Notes under the pieces: generated by a model
The model's input: the letters and a program-made list of their open reading frames with translations, nothing else
What the model was told of the DNA's origin: nothing
Databases searched by the model: none
Part shown: positions 37,892 through 47,144 of the stretch, one piece after another
How the letters are laid out: every line of letters starts with the position of its first letter
Numbering within the stretch: the stretch's first letter is position 1
Made by a program: the position numbers and the translations under genes
Source of the DNA: a bacterium
GTDB taxonomy: Bacteria; Cyanobacteriota; Vampirovibrionia; Gastranaerophilales; JAILCC01
Assembly: GCA_024680555.1 (NCBI GenBank)
Contig: JAILCC010000018.1
Coordinates: forward strand, 49,174 to 113,173
Length of the DNA: 64,000 nucleotides
Direction: 5' to 3'

Positions 37892-39105
37892 AACGAAACA
37901 TAATAATAATTTCAATTTTGGCACTTTTAGGATGTCTGATGTTTTTTACATCAGGTTGTTCTAAATCTATTTATCAGTCCGCACAAATTCAAAAACGCTC
38001 TATTGTACAGACTGTTGATGCGTCCGGAACGGTAAATCCGGTAAAAACCGTTAATATTGGTTCTCAGGTATCCGGACAAATTAAAGAAATCTACGTTGAC
38101 TACAATTCGGTAGTAAAAAAAGGACAGCTGCTTGCGGAAATTGATCCCTCATTGTTCCAAGCGCAAGTAGATAAAGCCCAAGGCGATTTATGGTCGGCAC
38201 AGGCAAACTATCAAAAAATCAAAAGCACGCTTGATTTTGACAGAAAAAATTACCAAAGGTACAAAAAGCTTTATACAAAAAATTATGTATCCAAAAGCGA
38301 CCTTGACCTTGCAGAATCGACATACAATGCGGATATTGCCCAATTAAATGCAATGAGTGCATCTATTTCGCAGGCTCAAGCTAATTTGCAAAATAATTTA
38401 ACGAATTTGGGCTACACAAAAATTGTTTCTCCTGTTGACGGTGTTGTAATTTCAAAGGCGGTTGATGTAGGACAAACGGTTGCAGCCAGCTTCCAAACGC
38501 CTGAACTTTTTGTTGTTGCTCAGGATTTAAGACAAATGCAAATTGAAGTAAGTGTATCTGAAGCTGATATTGGTAAAATTAAAGCAGGACAAGATGTAAC
38601 ATATACTCTTGACGGATATCCCGATGAAGTCTTTATGGGAACGGTTAAACAGGTAAGAATTTCTCCGACAACGGTATCTAATGTCGTAACATATACCGTC
38701 ATCGTGTCCGTAGATAACGAGGATGATATTCTTATCCCCGGCATGACGGCAAATGTTTCTATAATTACCATGAAAAAAGAGGATGTTCTGTGCGTACCCA
38801 ACAGGGCTTTGAAATTTTCTCCGACAGAAATTACCGGCGGCAAAAAGTATAAAGAACAAGGAATTTGGATAGTACAAAACAGCAGAACAAATGAAAAATT
38901 ATCTTTTGGCGAAAAATTTATAAACTTATTTAAAAATAAATCAGAAAAACTTGAGAGAATTTCCGTAAAAATCGGTGCCAGCGATGGAGATTATACCGAA
39001 GTTATATCAGATGAACTTCGTGAAGGTGACAATGTTGTTACCGGCAGAATCGGAGATGAAGATAAACGAAAAGGCGATTTTATGCCTAAGATGAGGGCAT
39101 TATAG
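37888..39105 (+). CDS. macA: HlyD/MacA-type periplasmic adaptor (membrane fusion protein)
   Basis: Lipoprotein-like signal (LLGCLMFFTSGCS), 'GQIKEIYVDYNSVVKKGQLLAEIDP', coiled-coil hairpin, beta-barrel region. Confidence 0.85.
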   Translation: MKRNIIIISILALLGCLMFFTSGCSKSIYQSAQIQKRSIVQTVDASGTVNPVKTVNIGSQVSGQIKEIYVDYNSVVKKGQLLAEIDPSLFQAQVDKAQGDLWSAQANYQKIKSTLDFDRKNYQRYKKLYTKNYVSKSDLDLAESTYNADIAQLNAMSASISQAQANLQNNLTNLGYTKIVSPVDGVVISKAVDVGQTVAASFQTPELFVVAQDLRQMQIEVSVSEADIGKIKAGQDVTYTLDGYPDEVFMGTVKQVRISPTTVSNVVTYTVIVSVDNEDDILIPGMTANVSIITMKKEDVLCVPNRALKFSPTEITGGKKYKEQGIWIVQNSRTNEKLSFGEKFINLFKNKSEKLERISVKIGASDGDYTEVISDELREGDNVVTGRIGDEDKRKGDFMPKMRAL

Positions 39106-39792
39106 ATGTCTTTAATAGAGATAAAAAACCTTGTAAAGACTTATCAAACCGGTGATACATCTTTTAATGCACTTGACGGAGTATCATTGACGGTGGAAAA
39201 AGGTGAATTTGTCTGTATTATGGGAACTTCTGGTTCGGGAAAATCAACATTTATGAACATGTTAGGGTGTTTGGATAAACCGACTCAAGGAACATATTTT
39301 TTGGACGGTGTTGATGTAAGCAGACTCAACGCTGATGAACTAGCTGAAATAAGAAATTTGAAACTCGGCTTCGTTTTTCAAGGCTTCAATTTGATTTCAA
39401 GAACTTCTGCACTCGAAAATGTTGAATTACCTATGATTTATAAAGGTATCCCCAAAGAGGAAAGAATAGAAAAGGCAAGAGCAGCATTGAAGATAGTCGG
39501 ACTTGAACAAAGAGAATCTCACCACCCAAATCAAATGTCGGGTGGTCAACAGCAGCGTGTGGCAATAGCAAGAGCGATTGTCAATGATGCTCCTATTATT
39601 TTGGCAGACGAACCCACAGGAAACCTTGATACAAAAACAAGTATAGAGGTTATGGAGTTTTTTGTAAAACTCAATGAAGAGTCCGGCAAAACAATAGTGC
39701 TAGTCACTCATGAACCTGATATTGCGGAATACTCAAAGAGAGTTGTAAGGTTTAAAGACGGACGAATAATAAGTGACGAGGTGAGAGCATGA
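39106..39792 (+). CDS. macB: MacB/DevA-type ABC transporter ATP-binding protein
   Basis: Walker A GTSGSGKST, signature MSGGQQQRVAIARA, Walker B ILADEPTGNLD. Confidence 0.92.
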   Translation: MSLIEIKNLVKTYQTGDTSFNALDGVSLTVEKGEFVCIMGTSGSGKSTFMNMLGCLDKPTQGTYFLDGVDVSRLNADELAEIRNLKLGFVFQGFNLISRTSALENVELPMIYKGIPKEERIEKARAALKIVGLEQRESHHPNQMSGGQQQRVAIARAIVNDAPIILADEPTGNLDTKTSIEVMEFFVKLNEESGKTIVLVTHEPDIAEYSKRVVRFKDGRIISDEVRA

Positions 39793-41024
39793 TAGATTTT
39801 GCTTCAACATTTACGATTGCAATGCGTTCGTTAAAAATCAATAAAATGCGTTCTATGCTGACGAGTCTCGGTATTATTATAGGTGTCAGCGCCGTAATTA
39901 TAATGATGGCTATCGGAGAAGGTTCAAAACAAAGAATAGCAAAGGAAATAGAATCAACAGGTTCAAATATTATAACCGTGATGTCAGGCAGTTCCAGTTC
40001 CGGCGGTATAAGAGGCGGTGCGGGAACAAAACCTACAATTACTTTGAAAGATTCTGACGCAATTCAAAAACAATGTCCGTCGGTATTGGTTTCCGTTGGT
40101 GTGCTGAGAGATACCAAACAGGTCGTTTTTTCAAACCAAAACTGGTCAACAACAATATATGGCGTTGAGCCGGAATATTTGGCAGTTCAAAAATATGAAG
40201 TTGCTGACGGACGAAATTTTAATCAGGATGATGAAAAGAATGCCACAAAAGTAGCCATAATCGGTGAAACGGTTTCCGAAAATCTGTTTGGCGATATGGA
40301 TCCTCTTAATAAAACCATTCGTGTGGGGGGAGTACCGTTCAAGGTTGTTGGTCTTTTGAAATCAAAAGGTGAAAACGGAATGGGTATGGACCAAGATGAT
40401 GTCGTATTTGTTCCTCTTACAACTGGACAAAGAAATCTTATGGGAACGGAATTCCCCGGTACGGTAAGGCAAATTGTCGTTCAGGCAAAAGATTCCGAAA
40501 GCTTAATCAAGGCGCAGCAGGAAATAAAAAATCTTTTGAGGGAGCGTCATAATATAGGAAAAAACAAGGATGACGATTTTACAGTAAGAAGTTTTACGCA
40601 AATGCTTGAGACAATAAAAAATCAAAAAGAAGCAATGTCGACTCTGCTTATGTTTGTTGCTTTGGTTTCATTACTTATTGGCGGCATAGGAATTATGAAC
40701 ATAATGCTCGTTTCAGTAACCGAAAGAACGAGGGAAATCGGAATTCGTATGGCAATTGGTGCAAAAGGTTCGGATATTTGCATACAGTTTTTGATAGAAG
40801 CGGTTACTTTGTCCATGGTTGGCGGACTTGTCGGTGTATTTACGGGAATTATAGGTGCGGAAATAACAGGATTTTTGTGGTCTGATAACGTAACTATAAT
40901 TATATCGCTAAGTCCGATTTTAGCTTCTTTCCTCTTTGCGGGTATTGTGGGTGTGGTTTTTGGTTTTTACCCTGCGTGGAAAGCGTCCAAGCTTAATCCT
41001 ATTGATGCACTGAGGTATGAATAA
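39789..41024 (+). CDS. MacB/DevC-type ABC transporter permease (FtsX-like)
   Basis: N-terminal TM, large periplasmic domain, C-terminal FtsX-type TM bundle 'VSVTERTREIGIRMAIGA'. Overlaps the ATPase stop. Confidence 0.9.
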   Translation: MIDFASTFTIAMRSLKINKMRSMLTSLGIIIGVSAVIIMMAIGEGSKQRIAKEIESTGSNIITVMSGSSSSGGIRGGAGTKPTITLKDSDAIQKQCPSVLVSVGVLRDTKQVVFSNQNWSTTIYGVEPEYLAVQKYEVADGRNFNQDDEKNATKVAIIGETVSENLFGDMDPLNKTIRVGGVPFKVVGLLKSKGENGMGMDQDDVVFVPLTTGQRNLMGTEFPGTVRQIVVQAKDSESLIKAQQEIKNLLRERHNIGKNKDDDFTVRSFTQMLETIKNQKEAMSTLLMFVALVSLLIGGIGIMNIMLVSVTERTREIGIRMAIGAKGSDICIQFLIEAVTLSMVGGLVGVFTGIIGAEITGFLWSDNVTIIISLSPILASFLFAGIVGVVFGFYPAWKASKLNPIDALRYE

Positions 41025-41026
41025 TT

Positions 41027-42508
41027 TTAGACTTTGCTTGTGCCAAAGGAGTTTCTGACTTCTTCTCTGTCATCAAAGTGTATGGTTTTATCTCTTAGAA
41101 TTTGATAATCTTCGTGACCTTTCCCTGCAATAACCACAATGTCTGACGGTTTTGAAATTTGGGAAGCCAATTTTATGGCAAGGTGTCTGTCTGCTTCAAC
41201 CATAATTTTATCGGGTGATAACGATTTTATGCCGCTCAAAATATCCGTAATAATTTGTTGGGGATCTTCGCTTCTCGGGTTATCTGATGTAACTATGGCT
41301 ATATCGGAGAGCTTTTCTGCGATTGCACCCATTTTGGGGCGTTTGGTCGCATCTCTGTCTCCACCGCATCCGAATACGCAAAGGAGTCTGCCTTCTTTTG
41401 GCAAAATTTTTCTTGCGGCATTTAAAACATTTTCCAATCCGTCAGGAGTGTGAGCATAGTCTACTATTGTTAACGGTTCTTTTGTAATTGCTTCAAACCT
41501 GCCTGCAACACCATGGGTTTCTTCGAGAGCTTTTAGCGTTAAATTTATGTCTAAGCCTTGGGATATTGCAGTCGTTAGTGCGGCTAAAGCATTATAAATA
41601 CTGAACATACCTGTCATTTGAAGATTTACTTTGTATTTACCGAGAGGTGTTGTGCATTCAAACGAAGAACCGTAGGTGCTGAAATTCAAGTTTGTCGCTT
41701 TTACGTCAGCGTCTTTTTCAATACCGTAAGTTAAAATTCTTACTCCGTCGCAAACAGCGTCAGCAAAATCTTTTGCACGTTCGTCATCTGCATTTATTAT
41801 CGCACTTGCGCCTTTTTTGAGATTTTTAAAAAGTATTGCCTTTGCTTCAAAATAATTTTGCATAGTAATATGGTAGTCCAAATGGTCTTGTGTTAAATTT
41901 GTCATTACTGCGCAATTGAAGGAACATGCGCCGACACGGTGCTGCGCCAAAGCGTGAGAGCTGACTTCCATAACGACATTTTCAATATTATGATTTAGCA
42001 TAAGATTAAGCGTGCGTTGAAGCTCAGGAGCTTGTGGTGTTGTGTGTTTTGCATCCTTGTATGTATCGTTATAATTTAGCTTGTATCCCAGAGTCCCAAT
42101 TAAGCCGCAAGTTTTTTTGTTGTACTCAAATATTCTTTCAACAAGGTGGGTAACCGTAGTTTTGCCGTTTGTTCCGGTTATGCCGATTAAATTGAGTTTT
42201 TTGGACGGATAATCGAAAATAATTCCCGCAAGGTCGGAAATGGTTTTTTGGGTATCTTCAACCAACAAAACAGGAACGGTTATACCCTCAGGAACACATT
42301 GCGCCAAAATTGCTACTGCACCTGCTTCTTGTGCCATTTTTGCATACTTGTGTCCGTCTGTTTTTTCACCGATTAAACATACAAATATATCTCCGCTTTT
42401 TGTCGTTTTTGAATTATAGGAAATATCTAAAATATCGATTTTATCCGTGTTTTGACTATTTTTAACTTCAGTCGGTTTTAATAATTCTATTAATTTATCA
42501 AGCTTCAT
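41027..42508 (-). CDS. murE: UDP-N-acetylmuramoyl-L-alanyl-D-glutamate-2,6-diaminopimelate ligase
   Basis: 'GITGTNGKTT' P-loop and 'DNPRSEDP' MurE motif, in dcw context. Confidence 0.9.
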   Translation of the reverse strand: MKLDKLIELLKPTEVKNSQNTDKIDILDISYNSKTTKSGDIFVCLIGEKTDGHKYAKMAQEAGAVAILAQCVPEGITVPVLLVEDTQKTISDLAGIIFDYPSKKLNLIGITGTNGKTTVTHLVERIFEYNKKTCGLIGTLGYKLNYNDTYKDAKHTTPQAPELQRTLNLMLNHNIENVVMEVSSHALAQHRVGACSFNCAVMTNLTQDHLDYHITMQNYFEAKAILFKNLKKGASAIINADDERAKDFADAVCDGVRILTYGIEKDADVKATNLNFSTYGSSFECTTPLGKYKVNLQMTGMFSIYNALAALTTAISQGLDINLTLKALEETHGVAGRFEAITKEPLTIVDYAHTPDGLENVLNAARKILPKEGRLLCVFGCGGDRDATKRPKMGAIAEKLSDIAIVTSDNPRSEDPQQIITDILSGIKSLSPDKIMVEADRHLAIKLASQISKPSDIVVIAGKGHEDYQILRDKTIHFDDREEVRNSFGTSKV

Positions 42509-42520
42509 ATCAAACTCTCC

Positions 42521-44248
42521 TTATTTTTTTACATTTAATCCGGGAGCATCAGGCTTCATGCTCAAGTGCCTTGTTACAAAAGTTGCCACCTCGTTAAATA
42601 CTGGACCTGCAACCGTTGAGCCCCACACTTCCGCCCCTTTTGGACTGTCAACAACTACCATTATAAGTATTTGAGGGTCAGAGGCAGGGAAAAATGCCGC
42701 AAAAGAAGTGTATACAACACCTGTCAAATAACCTCCACCTTTCGGGTTTGGTTTTCTTGCGGTACCTGTTTTTCCTGCAACGGTAAAATTAGGAATTTTT
42801 CCCGCACTGGACTTTGAACTTTTTATACTGCCCGCCAAAAGTTTTCTCATGGCACGTGCCGTTTCCGGAGTTATAACTTGCCTTTTTACCAATTTTTCTT
42901 CAGCAATATTGTCCGGATATTTTATAACGTGAGGTGTAACCCAAACACCGTCATTTGCAATTGATGCGACTGCAGATGCCATCTGTATAGGCGTTGCGGC
43001 TAAAGAATATCCGAAACTGATGGTTGCCTGCGTAATAGTATCCCACGTAGAAGCAGGGTGCAAGATACCAGATGATTCGCCCGGTAAATCTATGCCTGTT
43101 TTTGAGCCAATTCCGAATGCCGCAATTTGATTATGAAATTCGCTCGGTGTCATTTTTAGAGCAACCTTTACACTGCCTACGTTTGAACTGTGTTCAAGAA
43201 GATACGGCAAGTCAATGTCGCCGGGACACGGTCTGATTTTTGCATCGTAATTTTCGATTTTCCAACCTTGTATCGTAATTGTACCACTATCATATACTGT
43301 ATCGTGGGGAGTCATTTTACCAGTATTAAGTGCGGAAGCAACTGTCAAAATTTTGAAGGTCGAGCCGGGTGGGTAAACATCCGTAAGTACCCAGTTTTTT
43401 ACCGTTTCATAATCATATTTATTGTATTCGTTAGGATTATAAGTAGGAGCAACCGCCATTGCAAGGATTTCGCCGTTGCGTGGGTTCATAACGATAACGG
43501 TGCCTTTGTTTGCATCAGTTGCTTCAACCATTTTATTTAATTCTTTTTCGGCAACGTGTTGAATTGCAGAATCAATTGTCAAGGTGAGTTTCTGCCCTTT
43601 TATCGGTTTTGAGATTTCTTCTGGGTTTGTCCAAAAATCAAATATAACCCTACCCCTGCCGTCTTTTTCAAGTATTTTTGATTTGACGTTTCCGACAAGA
43701 CCTCCGCCTGTTTGTTCCACTCCTGCGGCAAGTTTTGCATCGGGATTTACATAACCTAAAATATGAGAAGCCAAATCGCCTTGCGGATAGACTCTTATAC
43801 TTCTTTCGGGAGAACTGATAGAAGTCAGCTTCAATTTTCTTATTTGCATGGCGGTATCCCTATCGACACCCTTTGCAATTGAAATTGTCGAATATTCCTG
43901 CTGCAATTTTTCAAGCAGCTTTTTTTCATTCATTTTAAGTATCGGAGCCAATAGACGGGCGACATCCTGCGGGGTTTCTTCTTCTTTATAATAGTGAGGA
44001 TGGGCATATATGTCATATACGGTGCCGTCCGTTGCCAATTTTAAACCATTCCTGTCAAAGATTTCTCCCCTGTACACCTGCGCTTTTCTGGTGCGCATCT
44101 GAAATGCTTTATTTTTCAAATCGTCAAAGTCAAAAATCTGCAATCTAATCATTTGTAAAAGCAGAATGACGGCGACAAAAATAAAAATTCTTCTCACCCA
44201 TTTTACTCTTTTGCTGAATTTTTTATGGTTTATATTTAAAAGTTTCAT
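42521..44248 (-). CDS. ftsI: Penicillin-binding protein 3 / FtsI-type transpeptidase
   Basis: N-terminal TM, 'STFK' (PPGSTFKI), 'SSN' and 'KTGT' active-site motifs. Confidence 0.9.
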   Translation of the reverse strand: MKLLNINHKKFSKRVKWVRRIFIFVAVILLLQMIRLQIFDFDDLKNKAFQMRTRKAQVYRGEIFDRNGLKLATDGTVYDIYAHPHYYKEEETPQDVARLLAPILKMNEKKLLEKLQQEYSTISIAKGVDRDTAMQIRKLKLTSISSPERSIRVYPQGDLASHILGYVNPDAKLAAGVEQTGGGLVGNVKSKILEKDGRGRVIFDFWTNPEEISKPIKGQKLTLTIDSAIQHVAEKELNKMVEATDANKGTVIVMNPRNGEILAMAVAPTYNPNEYNKYDYETVKNWVLTDVYPPGSTFKILTVASALNTGKMTPHDTVYDSGTITIQGWKIENYDAKIRPCPGDIDLPYLLEHSSNVGSVKVALKMTPSEFHNQIAAFGIGSKTGIDLPGESSGILHPASTWDTITQATISFGYSLAATPIQMASAVASIANDGVWVTPHVIKYPDNIAEEKLVKRQVITPETARAMRKLLAGSIKSSKSSAGKIPNFTVAGKTGTARKPNPKGGGYLTGVVYTSFAAFFPASDPQILIMVVVDSPKGAEVWGSTVAGPVFNEVATFVTRHLSMKPDAPGLNVKK

Positions 44249-44255
44249 TTTAATT

Positions 44256-44711
44256 TTAAAATCCGGTTACCGTATTTAAATTACTTCCTTTGGGCTCTTG
44301 ATGCTCAACGGTTTTGGCATCAATTTGTTCTACCTCAATAACATTTTTTGCTTTTTCAAATGAGGCATTTGATGAAACTTTTGTATCAACTGAATAATAA
44401 GACTTCACATTTTCAAGCTTATTTTCCAAATCTATATTTTCGTAATTTAAGTTACTGATTTCGGAATGCAAATTTGCTAACCTTGTTTCTGACGTGGCTA
44501 CAAACGAATATATTACGATAAACACAAATGCAACCACGGCGCCAAGGCATACAAGGGCAAAATCAAAGGCCAAAACCTTCTCTTGAGTGGTTTTGGGTAC
44601 ACGTCTGACCTGTTGATTGTTATCTCTGTTTGGTGCAGTCTTATACTTCGCCCGTTTGGGCAAATCTTGAACCTGCTCTTCAACATTATAATTGTATTTT
44701 ACTGCGGGCAT
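44256..44711 (-). CDS. ftsL: FtsL-like cell division protein
   Basis: Single TM followed by a short coiled coil (LANLHSEISNLNYENIDLENKLE), in the conserved slot between rsmH and ftsI. Confidence 0.55.
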   Translation of the reverse strand: MPAVKYNYNVEEQVQDLPKRAKYKTAPNRDNNQQVRRVPKTTQEKVLAFDFALVCLGAVVAFVFIVIYSFVATSETRLANLHSEISNLNYENIDLENKLENVKSYYSVDTKVSSNASFEKAKNVIEVEQIDAKTVEHQEPKGSNLNTVTGF

Positions 44712-44747
44712 ATACCTCTTTCCCCTGTTCTCCTCAGTTGCTCCCCT

Positions 44748-45668
44748 TTATACTTTTTGTGCAATCCTCAATTTTGCGCTCCTTGATGGGGGATTTTCTC
44801 TAATTTCTTCATCCGTCGGAAGTATCGGTTTTTTATTTACCAGTTTAAGAACTCCCTCTCTAACCCCTCCCTCGGGTAAACTCAGCTCGGTTGAAAGTTC
44901 TTTGAATATCTTTTTCACAATTCTATCTTCCAACGAATGAAATGTGATTACAACTATTCTAGCACCTTTTTCTAAAAATGGCACAACTTTTTTTAATGTG
45001 TTCTCAACATTTTTTAACTCTCCGTTGACTTCAATTCTGATTGCCTGAAAAATCCTTGTGGCAGGGTTTGTTCGGGAGTTTTTGTAAGGCAGAGATTTTT
45101 TAATTATTTCACATAATTCAAATGTTGTTTCTATATTTTTAAGCTTTCTGGCTTGTGCTATATTCCTCGAAAGTCTTCTGGAGTAGCGTTCTTCGCCATA
45201 ATAGTAAAAGACATCTGCCAATTCTTCTTCCGAATATGAGTTTATCAAGTCGTATGCAGAAAAATCTGCACTTTTGTCAAATCTCATATCTAATTTTGCA
45301 TCACTCAAAAAGCTGAACCCTCTTGCTTTTGAGGTTAATTGATAATAAGAAGCACCAAGGTCAAGTAGCATACCGCCGGTTATTTTTTCTATTTCTAATT
45401 CACTTAAAACTTCTTCAAAATCCTGATAACCACGCTTTACAATTGTAACATTTTTATATGGCGCTAATCTTTTTTTTGCAAAATTTATTGCATCATCATC
45501 AATGTCGAAAGAAATAATTTTTCCGTCAGGCAATATTTTTTGAGCCAAAAGCTCGCTATGCCCTCCTCCTCCAAGAGTGCCGTCAAGATAAACGAGACCA
45601 TCTCGGGGATTTAGCCCATCGACGGCCTCATTTTTCATAACTGTATAATGTTTAAACTCTTCAGTCAT
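44748..45668 (-). CDS. rsmH: 16S rRNA (cytosine1402-N4)-methyltransferase
   Basis: 'HYTVMKNEAVDGL...YLDGTLGGGGHS', 'DLGASYYQL' and 'ITFHSLEDRIVK'. Confidence 0.93.
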   Translation of the reverse strand: MTEEFKHYTVMKNEAVDGLNPRDGLVYLDGTLGGGGHSELLAQKILPDGKIISFDIDDDAINFAKKRLAPYKNVTIVKRGYQDFEEVLSELEIEKITGGMLLDLGASYYQLTSKARGFSFLSDAKLDMRFDKSADFSAYDLINSYSEEELADVFYYYGEERYSRRLSRNIAQARKLKNIETTFELCEIIKKSLPYKNSRTNPATRIFQAIRIEVNGELKNVENTLKKVVPFLEKGARIVVITFHSLEDRIVKKIFKELSTELSLPEGGVREGVLKLVNKKPILPTDEEIRENPPSRSAKLRIAQKV

Positions 45669-45868
45669 TATTTTTCTATAGCAGCATTTAATTGTGCAAC
45701 CAATTCGTCAGGGTCAAAGCCATGAACTTTTGCACCGGCTTCAAGATTTTCAAATCTTGCTGCAGCACAACCGAGACACCCAAAACCCAATTGTCCGAAT
45801 ACTTCTATTGTTTCGGGGTATTGTTGCACTACGTCTAAAATACCCATGTCTTTTGTAATAGCACCCAT
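45668..45868 (-). CDS. DUF1858-like small redox/disulfide protein
   Basis: 'ILDVVQQYPETIEVFGQLGFGCLGCAAARFENLEAGAKVHG' resembles the hybrid-cluster-associated DUF1858 fold. AAGGAG RBS. Its stop overlaps the rsmH start. Confidence 0.7.
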   Translation of the reverse strand: MGAITKDMGILDVVQQYPETIEVFGQLGFGCLGCAAARFENLEAGAKVHGFDPDELVAQLNAAIEK

Positions 45869-45947
45869 TGTTTTCTCCTTAACTTTACTTACAACTACAT
45901 TATCCCACAACAAGTATTAAGAATTGTAAAAATATAGTCAAAAAACC

Positions 45948-45974
45948 TAAAGTTTTACAAAAAAATGCCGATAA
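45948..45974 (+). promoter_or_regulatory. Sigma-28 (FliA)-type promoter, exact TAAAGTTT-N11-GCCGATAA
   Basis: TAAAGTTT at 45948-45955, 11-nt spacer, GCCGATAA at 45967-45974. ATG of the 47-aa ORF is 34 nt downstream. Confidence 0.75.
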
Positions 45975-46008
45975 AAGTAGCATAAGGTAGTATATAAGGA
46001 GTTATTTC

Positions 46009-46152
46009 ATGACGGGACAACAATTTTATTGGGCTGGCACATATAGTTTTAAAGCCGAAATACCAATGTTTTTAAGAGCAATCAAAAAACAGATTGACGA
46101 AATTCTTGCCAAAATTGACAAAATGGACAAGGCGGCAGAACATCAGTTTTAA
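46009..46152 (+). CDS. Small hypothetical protein, 47 aa (below track cutoff)
   Basis: My translation: MTGQQFYWAGTYSFKAEIPMFLRAIKKQIDEILAKIDKMDKAAEHQF. Strong AAGGAG RBS 8 nt upstream and a strong terminator downstream. Confidence 0.55.
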   Translation: MTGQQFYWAGTYSFKAEIPMFLRAIKKQIDEILAKIDKMDKAAEHQF

Positions 46153-46179
46153 ATTTCCATAAAATTTTCCACATATTTT

Positions 46180-46206
46180 AGCCGACATTTATGTCGGCTT
46201 TTTATT
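46180..46206 (+). terminator. Intrinsic terminator of the 47-aa gene
   Basis: Stem AGCCGACAT/ATGTCGGCT, 2-nt loop, TTTTTATT tail. Confidence 0.85.
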
Positions 46207-46451
46207 GCGGATTTCGGCAAGTGCGCCGTGTGAGCATAGCGAACCCAGCACGTCCCTGTGAATAATTCGACGAAATGAAAGAAAATTGAAAGATTTTCTG
46301 AAATGAAGTGAAGAATTATAAACAGCCGATAATCCAAGACAGCGGATTTCGGCAAGTGCGCCGTGTGAGCATAGCGAACCCAGCACGTCCCTGTGAATAA
46401 TTCGACGAAATGAAAGAAAATTGAAAGATTTTCTGAAATGAAGTGAAGAAT
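46207..46451 (+). repeat. Interspersed repeat family, locus C: full Y unit plus 3'-truncated Y unit
   Basis: Y1 at 46207-46341 and Y2 at 46342-46451 are near-identical direct repeats and match loci A and B. Confidence 0.92.
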
Positions 46452-46586
46452 GTGAGGGATGTCGCCTTGGCGAGCAGAGCTATGGAGAGAAATTCTTCTT
46501 TTATACACACAGCACTTGCGATTTTTTTTTGTTTGTCTGATAATCGAGAATGTACCGTAATATAGTTATGACATGGAGGTAAAACC

Positions 46587-47123
46587 ATTAGCGAAGGTAG
46601 AAGCCAATCTCAATTAGGCATTGTAAATGAGAAAATCAGAGCAAAAGAAGTGAGATTGATTGATGACAACGGCGAAAATTTAGGCGTAGTAGAAACATCT
46701 AAAGCTTTAGAAATGGCTTATGATAAGGACTTAGATTTAGTTGTTATTTCCCCTAATCAAAATCCTCCGGTCGCAAAGATATTAAATTACGGCAAATTCA
46801 AATTCGAAGCTGAAAAAAAGGCGAAAGAAGCCAAAAAGAAACAAAAAACAGTCGAAATAAAGGAAATAAAGCTTCGATACAAAATCGACACGCATGACTA
46901 TAACGTTAGAATGAAAAGTATTAAAAAATTCCTTGAAGAAGGAAACAAAGTAAAGGTTGTAGTTATGTTAAGGGGCAGAGAAATGCAGCACTCGCATCTC
47001 GCCTTTGAATTGGCAAACAGGATTGTAGCTGATTTAGCGGACTTTCCTCATACGATAGAAAAGGAACCGTCTTTGGAAGGGAAAAACCTTCTTACAATAC
47101 TCGCCCCCGCAAATAGCAACTAA
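46587..47123 (+). CDS. infC: Translation initiation factor IF-3 (AUU start codon)
   Basis: The in-frame extension upstream of the track start gives 'ISEGRSQSQLGIVNEKIRAKEVRLIDDNGENLGV'. ATT at 46587 sits 6 nt after a GGAGGT RBS. A non-canonical AUU start is the classical IF3 autoregulation feature. Confidence 0.88.
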   Translation: MSEGRSQSQLGIVNEKIRAKEVRLIDDNGENLGVVETSKALEMAYDKDLDLVVISPNQNPPVAKILNYGKFKFEAEKKAKEAKKKQKTVEIKEIKLRYKIDTHDYNVRMKSIKKFLEEGNKVKVVVMLRGREMQHSHLAFELANRIVADLADFPHTIEKEPSLEGKNLLTILAPANSN

Positions 47124-47144
47124 TTTATAAAGGAGAAATATAAA

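Noticed and set aside
46149-46588. Track ORFs 46149..46508(-), 46189..46386(-) and 46316..46588(-)
   Set aside because: Same artefact: open frames produced by the tandem Y units. The duplicated peptide 'HFISENLSIFFHFVELFTGTCWVRYAHTAHLPKSA' simply mirrors the DNA repeat.
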